Source of the DNA: Eubacterium sp.
GTDB taxonomy: Bacteria > Bacillota > Clostridia > Lachnospirales > Lachnospiraceae
Length of the DNA: 64,000 bases
Assembly: GCA_017459345.1 (NCBI GenBank)
Contig: JAFUDC010000138.1
Coordinates: 10,853 to 74,852, forward strand
Direction: 5' to 3'
Part shown: positions 1-9,735 of the stretch, one piece after another
Layout: every line of letters starts with the position of its first letter
How positions within the stretch are numbered: the stretch's first letter is position 1
The notes under the pieces: generated by a model
What the model was told of the DNA's origin: nothing
The model's input: only the letters and a program-made list of their open reading frames with translations
Database searches by the model: none
Translations under genes and position numbers: made by a program

Positions 1-2
1 TA

Positions 3-773
3 ATACGGACAGCCTTCGACATACAGCCCAAGGTTTCTGCGCAGAGACATAATTATCTGAAGAAGACCAGATCCTTTCAGATATCTCTGGACAGGTCCGG
101 AGATGCTCTGATGGTATTAAAGGCCACCGGCCTGATCAATAATCTGGGCGAAATCGATGAGGTGCATAGCAGAGTACATGATCCCCTCCTGCAGAGAACA
201 TGCTGTCGGAGGGCATACCTAAGGGGAGCTTTTCTGGCTTCGGGATCTGTGACGGATCCGGAGAAGAATTATCACTTTGAGATCGTCTGCTCCCAGGCAG
301 AGTCCGCAGATCAGATCAGAGAGCTTTTTGCCTTCTTCGGTTTGGATGCCAGGATAGTTCTTCGAAAAAAGTACCATGTTGTATATATGAAGGAAGGGAC
401 AACCATATCCGACGCCATGAATGTCCTCGGAGCACATATCTCTCTGATGAAGTTTGAGAACATTCGTATAGTGAAGGATGTGCGTAATTCCGTGAATCGC
501 AGGGTCAATTGCGAGGCGGCCAACATTAACAAAACAGTTTCTGCAGCCAGAAAACAAATCGAAGATATTGAATATATAAAGAAAACTATCGGCCTGGATA
601 AGCTTTCAGGCGGATTACGAGATATAGCCGGGGCGCGTCTGGAGGATCCGGAAGCTTCTCTGAAGGAGCTTGGGGAGATGCTGAGTCCGGCAGTAGGCAA
701 ATCAGGAGTGAACCATCGGCTGAGAAAGCTGAGTCAGATTGCTCAGCATATCAGAGAAAGCGGACATGCCTGA
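3..773 (+). CDS. whiA: DNA-binding protein WhiA (5' end lies outside the window)
   Basis: Frame is open from base 3. It contains RRAYLRGAFLASGS, NRRVNCEAAN and the C-terminal HTH SLKELGEMLSPAVGKSGVNHRLRKL typical of WhiA. Confidence 0.93.
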   Translation: MRTAFDIQPKVSAQRHNYLKKTRSFQISLDRSGDALMVLKATGLINNLGEIDEVHSRVHDPLLQRTCCRRAYLRGAFLASGSVTDPEKNYHFEIVCSQAESADQIRELFAFFGLDARIVLRKKYHVVYMKEGTTISDAMNVLGAHISLMKFENIRIVKDVRNSVNRRVNCEAANINKTVSAARKQIEDIEYIKKTIGLDKLSGGLRDIAGARLEDPEASLKELGEMLSPAVGKSGVNHRLRKLSQIAQHIRESGHA

Positions 774-831
774 TATCAACACACGTGCAATTGCCGAGGC
801 GATTACGAATGTTATGGAAGTGGAGGTAGAC

Positions 832-1095
832 ATGATAACTAAGTCAATGGAGATCAGGATTCCATCCGGTCTCGATCCAAGTACGATCGCACTGTTCATC
901 CAGACCGCAAGTCAGTATGACAGTAAGGTTTATGTAGAGTCTGAGAACCGCCGTGTGAATGCGAAGAGTCTGATGGGCATGATGTCGTTAGGACTGCCGA
1001 AGGGAGCCAACCTCACCGTGATTGCAGAGGGCAGTGATGAAGAGCAGGCAGTGCGGCAGATTGAAAAATATCTGAATAACGAGAAAGGGAAATAA
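832..1095 (+). CDS. HPr-family protein, Crh-like (no His15, Ser46 retained)
   Basis: GGAGG at 822-826 precedes ATG 832. NAKSLMGMMSLG and AEGSDEEQA are HPr motifs; GLDPS replaces GLHARP. It sits directly after whiA, like crh in Bacillus. Confidence 0.85.
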   Translation: MITKSMEIRIPSGLDPSTIALFIQTASQYDSKVYVESENRRVNAKSLMGMMSLGLPKGANLTVIAEGSDEEQAVRQIEKYLNNEKGK

Positions 1096-1146
1096 AAAAG
1101 AAGCTGCACAGTGTTTCGATGAAGAAATACTGTGCAGCTTTTGCAT

Positions 1147-1998
1147 TTACTGATTCTCTGTCTCTGCATCAGATGTAAATGAGCTGATTCCATAATAGCT
1201 GAAAAAGAGGTCTTCGTCCAGATCTGTAAGAGTCCAGGCTCCATCCTCGATACCGAAAGTGAGGGTTCCGGTTGAGGATACATCCGGGGTTTTCTCCTTG
1301 GCAGTGCGATAGATCTCGGCCAGTTTTTCGGACAGGTCCGGGTTGTCCGAATCCTCCTGATCTCCTCCGATTATGGAGGAAAAGAAATCCCTCATCGCCT
1401 TCCAGAGACTGTCGGTATCACTGATCTGCTTTTTCAGCTCTTCATATACTGTGCTTTGCAATGCGCTGTAATCGGTATTAGAAGTCCGCACAGTGACCCG
1501 GCAGGAGTGATAATCCGCATCAGTCGAGAGGATTTCATAAGATGCGGAGCTTACGATGTCATCAAGGAGCTTGTCCGTATCTAAATATTTACTGATATAG
1601 CCTCCTGCAATACTGTCAGGGTCCACATTAAGAGACTCATACAGTCTGGACCTGATCAGTGACCGGACATCCGGTTCATCTCTAAGCTCTTCCGGCAGAA
1701 GGTCCGGATCAACGGATGAAAAATCCAGGTCATGAGCGACAGCGAAAATCTTATCTGTAGCTTCACGGCATTTTTTCTCAATTAATCCCAGATATACCCG
1801 GTATCCGATAAGACCGGCAGCTGCAGCCGCCAGCAAAAGAATGACGATAATCAGCAGGATCCGCCTGCTCTTTTTTTGATTCTGGATACTTTTCCGGTCT
1901 GATAATTGTGTATAATGGGCATTGCTCAGAGGATGTCCGCACTCGGGACAGTACTTCAAATCTCCATCATAGGGAGCGTTGCAATTAGGGCAGTTCAT
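1147..1998 (-). CDS. Zinc-ribbon domain membrane protein of unknown function
   Basis: N-terminal CPNC..CPECG, one hydrophobic helix (ILLIIVILLLAAAAAGLIGY) and an acidic C-terminal domain. Confidence 0.7.
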   Translation of the reverse strand: MNCPNCNAPYDGDLKYCPECGHPLSNAHYTQLSDRKSIQNQKKSRRILLIIVILLLAAAAAGLIGYRVYLGLIEKKCREATDKIFAVAHDLDFSSVDPDLLPEELRDEPDVRSLIRSRLYESLNVDPDSIAGGYISKYLDTDKLLDDIVSSASYEILSTDADYHSCRVTVRTSNTDYSALQSTVYEELKKQISDTDSLWKAMRDFFSSIIGGDQEDSDNPDLSEKLAEIYRTAKEKTPDVSSTGTLTFGIEDGAWTLTDLDEDLFFSYYGISSFTSDAETENQ

Positions 1999-2186
1999 GG
2001 CGCACCTCCATTCAAATGCGCAAAGCAGTAAGGTGTGTTAATTTAATGTGTCTTCTCTTCCTGAGTATAATTAGTTTTTTTATTCATGTCAATGCTTTCG
2101 TTTTTCTGAACATTTACCACAATAGATGATAATAGGGGTCCAGGCTTATGTTCCTTATGAATCTTATGTTCCAAAGGAAATACTGT

Positions 2187-2215
2187 TTGCTATTTATGAA
2201 GAATCATAGTATAAT
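2187..2215 (+). promoter_or_regulatory. Sigma70-type promoter of fruK-fruA
   Basis: TTGCTA(2187-2192)-17 nt-TATAAT(2210-2215). Confidence 0.55.
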
Positions 2216-2366
2216 TTACAGGATTCTTAAGAATATCTTAATTTTCTTTTCTCCTGCTCCCGGAAGGGGAAGGATGGGACATATTAAGAATCATGATAAA
2301 TATCATGTCGCAAGATAATACTGACACCGTCATTTCAGACGGAAAACTAAAAGGAGGGTTGCGGAT

Positions 2367-3269
2367 ATGATTTATACGGTAACTTTTAATCCGGCTCTGG
2401 ATTATGTCGTGTTCCTGGACGAACTTATACCGGGAGATATCAACCGGGCGACACGGGAATCCATCTTCTACGGGGGAAAGGGAATCAATGTATCTAATGT
2501 TTTGAATACGTTGGGTCTTGAGACAACTGCCCTGGGATTTGTCGCCGGCTTCACCGGCAAGGCCATCGAGGAAGGACTGGCCTCCATCGGGATCAGGGCA
2601 GACTTTATTCACCTGCCTGAGGGCAACTCCCGGATTAATGTGAAGGTGAAGCATGGGGATGAGACAGAAATCAATGGACAGGGTCCGGTGATTACCGATG
2701 AGGCAATCAGTGCACTTTTTGATAAGCTGGACACCCTGACAGCTGATGATATTCTGGTTCTTGCGGGCAGCATTCCCAATACACTGCCGGATGATATCTA
2801 TGAGCGGATCATGGCCAGACTGGAAGGAAAGAATATCCGGATTGCTGTCGACGCCACAAAGGATCTTCTGCTTAATGTTCTAAAATACCATCCATTCCTG
2901 ATTAAACCCAACAATCATGAGCTGGGCGAGATGTTTAACACGGTATGCAAAACAAAGGAAGATATCGAGTATTACGCAAAAGAGCTCCAGAAGAAGGGCG
3001 CACGCAATGTGCTGATTTCCATGGCGGGAGATGGGGCTATCCTGATTCCTGAGGAAGGGGAGGCCATCCAGATTGGAACACCTAAGGGCAAAGTGGTGAA
3101 TTCGGTGGGAGCCGGAGATTCCATGGTGGCCGGTTTTATCGCCGGCTATCTTAAGAACGGCAGCTATGATGAGGCACTTAAGAGCGGTACTGCAGCAGGC
3201 AGCGCCACCGCATTTTCGGAAGGGCTGGCATCCCTGGAAATGTATCAGGCAATGCTGGAACAGATATGA
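2367..3269 (+). CDS. fruK: 1-phosphofructokinase (PfkB family)
   Basis: TVTFNPALDY, GGKGINVS, IKPNNHEL and NSVGAGDS motifs; precedes the fructose PTS gene. Confidence 0.93.
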   Translation: MIYTVTFNPALDYVVFLDELIPGDINRATRESIFYGGKGINVSNVLNTLGLETTALGFVAGFTGKAIEEGLASIGIRADFIHLPEGNSRINVKVKHGDETEINGQGPVITDEAISALFDKLDTLTADDILVLAGSIPNTLPDDIYERIMARLEGKNIRIAVDATKDLLLNVLKYHPFLIKPNNHELGEMFNTVCKTKEDIEYYAKELQKKGARNVLISMAGDGAILIPEEGEAIQIGTPKGKVVNSVGAGDSMVAGFIAGYLKNGSYDEALKSGTAAGSATAFSEGLASLEMYQAMLEQI

Positions 3270-3343
3270 AGATAACAGCGATAGCTGTTTTGCAGCGGAG
3301 CAATTCGTGTTATATTTAAATATTTAAATATAGGAGATATATT

Positions 3344-5308
3344 ATGAGAATCGTTGATTTATTAAAGAGAGAAGCGGTTGTCCTTAATGCAGACGTCAGC
3401 AGCAAGGAGGAGATGCTGGATCTTCTGGTTGATCTTCATGACAAGGCTGGCAATATCTCAGATAAAGCTGAGTTTAAGAAGGGCATACTGAAAAGAGAGT
3501 CAGAGGGAGCAACTGCAATTGCAGAGGGTATATGCATCCCCCATTCCAAGAATGATGCAGTACAGAATCCCGGGATCGCATCTATCACAGTTCCGGGCGG
3601 CATCGATTGTGATGCCCTGGACGGAGAGCCATCCAACCTCTTCTTCATGATTGCTGCACCGGCTACCGGGGCCGATGTGCATCTGGAGGCATTGGCAAGA
3701 CTTTCCTCCATCCTGATGGACGGAAGTTTCAGAGAGCAGTTATTTGCTGCAAAGAACGTGGACGAGTATCTGAAGGCAATTGATGATAAGGAAACCGAAA
3801 AGTACGGAGAAGAAGATGCAAAGGCTGCCCAGGAAGAGGCTCCGGCGGCTGCAGCTGCACCGGCTGCCTCCGGTTACCGGGTGCTTGCCGTCACTGCCTG
3901 CCCCACAGGTATTGCCCACACTTATATGGCTGCAGAGGCTCTGGAGGAGAAGGGTAAAGAGCTGGGAATCCCTATCAAGGTAGAGACCAACGGATCCGGC
4001 GGAGCCAAGAATATCCTCACCGCAGAAGAAATCGCAAACTGTGATGGTATCATTATCGCGGCAGATAAGAATGTCGAGATGGCTCGTTTTGACGGCAAAC
4101 CCCTGATCAAGACCAAGGTGCAGGATGGTATCCATAAATCCCAGGAACTCATCGAGAAAGTGGTAAACGGAGAGGCACCCATCTATCATCATACCGGAGA
4201 GGCTGCGGCTGAAGAAGGAGAGGGTGAAGGCATCGGCCGTCAGATTTACAAGCATCTGATGAATGGTGTATCCCACATGCTCCCCTTTGTTATCGGCGGT
4301 GGTATCCTGATTGCTCTGGCCTTCCTGATTGATAATCCGGAGCCGGCTGCCAACTTCGGTAAGAATACACCGGCAGCGGCCATATTGAAAACCGCAGGTG
4401 AGTATGCCTTTAACTTTATGCTTCCGATTCTGGCCGGCTATATCGCCATGAGTATCGCCGACCGGCCCGGTCTGATGCCCGGCTTTGTCGGCGGCTGGAT
4501 GGCGGCCCAGGGAACTTCCTTTGCCTCCATCATCGCACAGGTAAGCGGCGCTGAGGTTAACCCGGTATCCGGCGGATTTATCGGTGCCCTGTTCGCTGGT
4601 TTTATTGCAGGTTATCTGGTACTGGGACTTAAGAAGATTACCGAGAAGATGCCCCAATCCATGGATGGACTAAGGCCCATGCTGATTTATCCGGTACTGG
4701 GGCTGGCCCTGATCATGGTGGTCATGTTCGCGGTCAATCCATTCTTCGCATGGCTCAACACCCTCCTTGCCAACGGTCTTGAATCCCTGAGCAAGGGGAA
4801 TAACATTATCTTACTGGGCGCAATCCTGGGCGGCATGATGTCCGTTGATATGGGCGGCCCCTTCAACAAGGCAGCTTATGTATTTGCCACAGGTGCTCTG
4901 GCATGGCAGACCGATGCCGGATACATGGTTATGGCAGCTGTTATGGTTGGCGGTATGGTACCCCCGATCGCAATTGCCATCTCCTCCTGGGCATTCAAGA
5001 GCAAATTCAGCGACAATGACCGCGCTAACTCTCCGGTCAATGCAATCATGGGACTGTGCTTTATCTCTGAGGCAGCAATCCCTTACGCAGCCGGTGACCC
5101 CCTGCATGTTATCCCTTCCTGTGTAATCGGATCTGCAGTGGCAGGTGCATTATCCATGCTCTTTAAGTGTACACTGATGGCACCCCACGGCGGTGTTTTC
5201 GTGTTCGCCGTTGTAGGTAATGCGGTAATGTATATCGTTTCCCTCCTGGTAGGCTCCATTGTAGGAGCTGTGCTTCTGGGTGTACTCAGAAAGCCGGTTG
5301 CCAAATAA
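3344..5308 (+). CDS. fruA: PTS fructose-specific EIIABC
   Basis: EIIA IPHSK, EIIB ACPTGIAHTYMAAEAL, and a multi-pass EIIC with HLMNGVSHMLPF and DMGGPFNKAAY. Confidence 0.95.
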   Translation: MRIVDLLKREAVVLNADVSSKEEMLDLLVDLHDKAGNISDKAEFKKGILKRESEGATAIAEGICIPHSKNDAVQNPGIASITVPGGIDCDALDGEPSNLFFMIAAPATGADVHLEALARLSSILMDGSFREQLFAAKNVDEYLKAIDDKETEKYGEEDAKAAQEEAPAAAAAPAASGYRVLAVTACPTGIAHTYMAAEALEEKGKELGIPIKVETNGSGGAKNILTAEEIANCDGIIIAADKNVEMARFDGKPLIKTKVQDGIHKSQELIEKVVNGEAPIYHHTGEAAAEEGEGEGIGRQIYKHLMNGVSHMLPFVIGGGILIALAFLIDNPEPAANFGKNTPAAAILKTAGEYAFNFMLPILAGYIAMSIADRPGLMPGFVGGWMAAQGTSFASIIAQVSGAEVNPVSGGFIGALFAGFIAGYLVLGLKKITEKMPQSMDGLRPMLIYPVLGLALIMVVMFAVNPFFAWLNTLLANGLESLSKGNNIILLGAILGGMMSVDMGGPFNKAAYVFATGALAWQTDAGYMVMAAVMVGGMVPPIAIAISSWAFKSKFSDNDRANSPVNAIMGLCFISEAAIPYAAGDPLHVIPSCVIGSAVAGALSMLFKCTLMAPHGGVFVFAVVGNAVMYIVSLLVGSIVGAVLLGVLRKPVAK

Positions 5309-5380
5309 AGCCTCGGTATAACTGCAGCAGCAGAGAGGTTTTTGAGTTTAAATAATCGTTTAGCCAATTTATCTAGTCAT

Positions 5381-5420
5381 GGACGCAAAAACCCTCCTGG
5401 GATTTTGCGTCCTTTTTTCT
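5381..5420 (+). terminator. Intrinsic terminator after fruA
   Basis: GGACGCAAAA...TTTTGCGTCC stem followed by a T run. Confidence 0.75.
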
Positions 5421-5448
5421 TAAATGAGACAGCCCTCCTTTTTTCTAA

Positions 5449-5478
5449 TTGACATTTCCTGTAGTTAAGAATTATAAT
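5449..5478 (+). promoter_or_regulatory. Sigma70-type promoter of the phosphatase gene
   Basis: TTGACA-18 nt-TATAAT. Confidence 0.6.
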
Positions 5479-5527
5479 AGAGTATAGCTTAGATGATTGA
5501 TATATTGAAAAAGGGGAAGGTTTATAT

Positions 5528-6403
5528 ATGAATAATCGATTACCGCTTTCGGGGATGCCCAATACCAGAGATCTTGGCGGCATCCGGACACAGGATGGAC
5601 ATTATATAAAGAGTAAGAAACTTATCAAGAGCGGTATGCTTTACCGGGCAACTCCGGAGGATATTGATATCCTGACCAGGGAGTATGATGTGAGGACCAT
5701 CATTGATCTGCGTACCAGGAAGGAGCGGATTATGATGCCCAATCCTCAGATCAAGGGTGTGTCGGAGATCTGGAATCCGTTATTTATGGAGGATATTCAG
5801 GGACTGGGTATCTTCGGAACCATGGACAGGGATATTCTTGAGAACCGCCTGAAATCCCTCTTTATCCTGAGACATCGGGCAGATGAGAAGACGGAGGAGG
5901 CCATGAATCAGATTCGTGACCTGATCCGGGATTCGGATATTGATCCGGATGCATATATGAAGCGCATGTACATGAAGTTTGTCAATAACCAGATTGTGCA
6001 GAAGCAGATCAAGCAGTTCTTCTATCTGGTGTCCAACAACAGAGGGGGAGCGATTCTGTGGCATTGTGCTGCAGGCAAGGATCGGGCAGGAATCTGTACC
6101 GCATTGCTTCTCTACGCCCTTGGCGTATCCAAGGAGGCGATTATTGCCAACTATATGGAGTCCGCAGAGTCCTCCGAAGATGCAGTTGAGTATCTGCTGA
6201 CCAAGCTGTTCCCGGATTCGGATATGGACAGCCAGAAAAACCGTGATCTTGCCAGATGCTTCTTTGATGTTAAGACCTGTTATATCGAGGCATTCTTTGA
6301 TGCTGTGGAACGGGATTATGTAAGTATTGATAATTACCTGCAGAAAGCTTTAGAACAGCATACGGATAATCTTGTACATCTGAGGACATTATATCTACAG
6401 TAA
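5528..6403 (+). CDS. Protein-tyrosine-phosphatase-fold enzyme (IphP/Y_phosphatase3-like)
   Basis: PNTRDLGG, TIIDLRT and the catalytic CX5R loop HCAAGKDR. Confidence 0.85.
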   Translation: MNNRLPLSGMPNTRDLGGIRTQDGHYIKSKKLIKSGMLYRATPEDIDILTREYDVRTIIDLRTRKERIMMPNPQIKGVSEIWNPLFMEDIQGLGIFGTMDRDILENRLKSLFILRHRADEKTEEAMNQIRDLIRDSDIDPDAYMKRMYMKFVNNQIVQKQIKQFFYLVSNNRGGAILWHCAAGKDRAGICTALLLYALGVSKEAIIANYMESAESSEDAVEYLLTKLFPDSDMDSQKNRDLARCFFDVKTCYIEAFFDAVERDYVSIDNYLQKALEQHTDNLVHLRTLYLQ

Positions 6404-6512
6404 TCGATATATTTTTTCTCCATGTGCATATATATATTTTTTGTTTGACTACATACCATGAAAAAGCCGGGATCTTAAGATGTTCCTGGCTTTTTGTTCG
6501 AGGGCGTATATT

Positions 6513-8609
6513 ATGAGGTTTGAGATCAGTGAGATAATCACACAGGATCAGGTCATGGATCTTGTATATGGTAATAACAGCATGCCCAAACGTATTCTGG
6601 GCAGGCATTATGTGAAGGATGGGCAGGTGATCTCAGCCTATCATCCGGATGCCGTTGAGATAGAACTGATAAAGGATAATGGAGATTCCTATAAGATGGA
6701 TCCTATTGAGAGGCAGCCTGTCTATGCTTTGTATCTGCCTGAGAGGGAGCCCTTCCACTATCAGCTTAAGATGACCTTCCGGGATGGGAATACATTTGTC
6801 TCGGACGATCCTTATGGCATTCCCTGCCAGATTACAGAGACGGAGGAGGAGAGCTTTCTTGCCGGGGAATGGATCGGAGCTCACAGGAAGATGGGCTGTC
6901 ATCATATGACTATTCAAGGTGTGGAGGGCATGTACTTTGCTTTCTGGGCACCCATATCCAAAAGAGTAAGTGTTGTCGGAGATTTTAATTTCTGGAATGG
7001 CATGATCTATCCCATGAACAGGCTTGAACGTTCGGGAATCTATGAGCTGTTCATCCCCGGACTGTCATCAGACCATCTCTATAAGTTTGAGATCAAGACC
7101 ATGCAGGGAGAAGTCTATCAAATCGCCGATCCCTGTGGACTGATGCAGGAGGAGGGAGATGGGAACGCATCGAAAATGTTAGATATTAATGATTTCTCCT
7201 GGTCAGATCAGTCATGGATGAGGAATAGAAAGTACAAAGCCAGGAAGACTCTGCTTTCTTCTGTCTGTGATGTTTTTGACGGGACGGATCTTGATATGGG
7301 ACTCCTTTTTGACGGGACCTTTTCACATCTGCTCTTTTCCCAGCATATTATAAAAGGTGAAGGAAGAAGGGTTAACCAGTATGCTACCGGCATGTGCCGT
7401 ACTCCTTATTGCGGAGGGTCGGTTGACCGGCTCCGGAAAGTGATTGATGAAGCCCACAATCATGGGGTAGGTGTTCTCCTGGAAATATCTCCCGGCTTCT
7501 TCTCGGTAGGGGAGTCCGGGGGAGCATTTGACAGCCCCGCCCTGTATGGATACTCAGACAGCCGGATCGGATATGACCCGGAAAGGAACATGTGGAGATT
7601 CTGTTTCAAAAAGCCGGAGGTAAGGAGTCTGGCCCTTTCTGCCCTGGCCTTATGGATCCGTCAGTATCATGTGGATGGGTTTGTATTTGAGGGTATATCT
7701 GATATGATTGTTCCCGGGGTTGATACATCTAATAATTTAGATATGACTGTTGGCCTGGAATTAGAGCAGATTCCCAGGGATAATATTCATTTTTTGAGAC
7801 AGGCAGTCAGCCTGATCCGGCAGGAGGATGTCAGCCTTCTGCTGATTGCGGATGAACGGATGGATACAGGAAGCAGGGGCCGGTCTTCCCTTTACCGGGG
7901 CTTTGACTATTATTGGGATCGAAATCTCAGGAGTAATATGAAGAATTATCTGACTAGCCAGGCAGACCGGAGATGGAAAGAGCATTATCGCCTGACACTT
8001 CCTCTTCAGAATCAGGAGCTGGAGTCCTCCCTGCTTCTGATCAATCCCGAGAGAAAGTCCGGAAAGTTCTCCATTGACAATTTGCCGCCGGTTGAGTATG
8101 ATAAGCTGTCAGCAGAAAGCAGGATGACAGAAGCATTCCTGATGGGAGTTCCCGGCAAAAAAGCCTGGTCACTTGTGGGAACAGAAGACAGGGACAAGGC
8201 TTATATAAGAAAGCTTTTCGAAATTTACAGGGGAAATCCGGCCCTGAGTGATTCAGATTCTGAAGATATCTCCTTTGAGTGGGTCAACTGTGTGGATGCC
8301 GTTTCCTCAGTGGTAAGCTTTGTGCGCCGGACTTCTAAAAAGAATAACCTGCTGCTGTTTGTCTCTAATTTCAGCGGCAGGCTCTATGAGGACTGGCAGC
8401 TGGGTGTTCCTGAGTATGGAAGATACCGTCTGCTTTTGAGCAGTGACGGAGCCCTTTATGGCGGAACCGGTATATATGACCGGCAGGATGAAGTTTCCAG
8501 GAGGCAGAGGTGTGATTTCAGACCCTGGTCGATCCGGATTTCCCTGCCGCCCCTTACAACATTGATATTTACCTATATTCAGGAAGAGGATAGTCCGGTT
8601 CTCCTGTAG
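6513..8609 (+). CDS. GlgB (branching enzyme) homologue with degenerate catalytic motifs
   Basis: GlgB N-domain/CBM48 (FWAPISKRVSVVGDFNFWNG) and C-domain (FEWVN, GVPEYGRY, LPPL) are clear. The GH13 catalytic regions read DGFVFEG and IADER, and no SHDE is present. Start placed at ATG 6513; the track uses 6480. Confidence 0.75.
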   Translation: MRFEISEIITQDQVMDLVYGNNSMPKRILGRHYVKDGQVISAYHPDAVEIELIKDNGDSYKMDPIERQPVYALYLPEREPFHYQLKMTFRDGNTFVSDDPYGIPCQITETEEESFLAGEWIGAHRKMGCHHMTIQGVEGMYFAFWAPISKRVSVVGDFNFWNGMIYPMNRLERSGIYELFIPGLSSDHLYKFEIKTMQGEVYQIADPCGLMQEEGDGNASKMLDINDFSWSDQSWMRNRKYKARKTLLSSVCDVFDGTDLDMGLLFDGTFSHLLFSQHIIKGEGRRVNQYATGMCRTPYCGGSVDRLRKVIDEAHNHGVGVLLEISPGFFSVGESGGAFDSPALYGYSDSRIGYDPERNMWRFCFKKPEVRSLALSALALWIRQYHVDGFVFEGISDMIVPGVDTSNNLDMTVGLELEQIPRDNIHFLRQAVSLIRQEDVSLLLIADERMDTGSRGRSSLYRGFDYYWDRNLRSNMKNYLTSQADRRWKEHYRLTLPLQNQELESSLLLINPERKSGKFSIDNLPPVEYDKLSAESRMTEAFLMGVPGKKAWSLVGTEDRDKAYIRKLFEIYRGNPALSDSDSEDISFEWVNCVDAVSSVVSFVRRTSKKNNLLLFVSNFSGRLYEDWQLGVPEYGRYRLLLSSDGALYGGTGIYDRQDEVSRRQRCDFRPWSIRISLPPLTTLIFTYIQEEDSPVLL

Positions 8610-8689
8610 AAGAGATGACTGATAAACCCGGAAAAATGTCTCTCCCTTATTGGTGGGGACTGAAATAAATAAGAAAGGACACAAGCATT

Positions 8690-9103
8690 ATGAAAGACGA
8701 TTGTATATTCTGTAAGATCGCAAAGGGGCAGATCCCCTCAGCTACCATTTACGAGGACAGACATTTCAGAGTGATGATGGATATCAATCCCGCCACAAAA
8801 GGCCACTGCCTGATCATCCCCAAGGAACATTTTGATAATATCTATGATCTGGATGGGGAGACAGCAGGAAGACTTTTCTCACTGGCAACCTGCATCGCCC
8901 GGGCCCTCAGAGATGCCCTGGGATGTGAGGGGCTCAACATAGTGCAGAATAACGGCGAGATTGCCGGACAGACGGTGTTCCATTTCCACCTGCACCTGAT
9001 TCCCAGATACAAGGGTGATGATGTGAAGGTGGCTTGGGTGCCTCATGAGTCAGATCCGGATCAATTAGAGGAGATCCGCAAGGCGATTAAGGCAGCAATC
9101 TGA
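8690..9103 (+). CDS. HIT family protein
   Basis: DCIFCKI and the histidine triad HFHLHLIP. Confidence 0.92.
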   Translation: MKDDCIFCKIAKGQIPSATIYEDRHFRVMMDINPATKGHCLIIPKEHFDNIYDLDGETAGRLFSLATCIARALRDALGCEGLNIVQNNGEIAGQTVFHFHLHLIPRYKGDDVKVAWVPHESDPDQLEEIRKAIKAAI

Positions 9104-9119
9104 TGAAAGGATGCAGAGC

Positions 9120-9698
9120 ATGGGAAAGATAGACTTTAAGCCGGGCAATATGCTTTACCCGCTGCCGGCTGTGCTGGTTACCGTGAGGGATAATGCGGGC
9201 AAGGATAATATGATCACGATCGCCTGGACGGGGACTGTATGCACGAACCCGCCCATGCTCTCTATTTCTGTGCGCCCGGAGCGGCACTCCTACCAGGCTC
9301 TCACTGAGTCCGGTGAGTTTGTGGTCAATCTTACCACGGCAGCTATGACCAGAGCTCTTGACTTCTGTGGTGTCAGGTCAGGGAAAAATGTAGATAAATT
9401 TGCCATGACCGGACTTACCAGAATAAGGTCAAGGAAGGTGCAGGCTCCCTCCATTGAGGAAAGCCCGGTAAATATTGAATGCCGGGTCAGGCAGATGATC
9501 CCCCTGGGATCCCACCACATGTTTCTGGCAGATGTGGTCCATGTGACGGTGGATGAGAAATATATGGATGAGAAGGGGGGCTTTCACCTGGAAAAGGCAG
9601 ATCCCGTGGTCTATTCTCATGGTACTTACTTTGACCTGGGCCGGTCCAGGGGGTCTTTCGGATTTTCCGTAAGGAAAAAGAAGAAAAGAAAAAGCTAA
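9120..9698 (+). CDS. Flavin reductase-like (RutF/DIM6-NTAB) protein
   Basis: LYPLPAVLV, NMITIAW, SISVRPERHS and GSHHMF; ATG 9120 has better RBS spacing than 9111. Confidence 0.85.
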   Translation: MGKIDFKPGNMLYPLPAVLVTVRDNAGKDNMITIAWTGTVCTNPPMLSISVRPERHSYQALTESGEFVVNLTTAAMTRALDFCGVRSGKNVDKFAMTGLTRIRSRKVQAPSIEESPVNIECRVRQMIPLGSHHMFLADVVHVTVDEKYMDEKGGFHLEKADPVVYSHGTYFDLGRSRGSFGFSVRKKKKRKS

Positions 9699-9706
9699 AT
9701 TTTCGT

Positions 9707-9735
9707 TTTACAAACAGGTTTATTCTTGTTATAAT
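9707..9735 (+). promoter_or_regulatory. Sigma70-type promoter about 340 nt upstream of murA
   Basis: TTTACA(9707-9712)-17 nt-TATAAT(9730-9735) with an extended TG. Confidence 0.65.

Noticed and set aside
739-831. N-terminal extension of the HPr-like protein suggested by the ORF track
   Set aside because: It overlaps whiA, and a clear GGAGG precedes ATG 832, which gives a normal 87-aa HPr length.
6513-8609. GlgB-like gene as a pseudogene
   Set aside because: The frame is uninterrupted for about 700 codons and the terminal domains are well conserved; only the catalytic motifs are lost.
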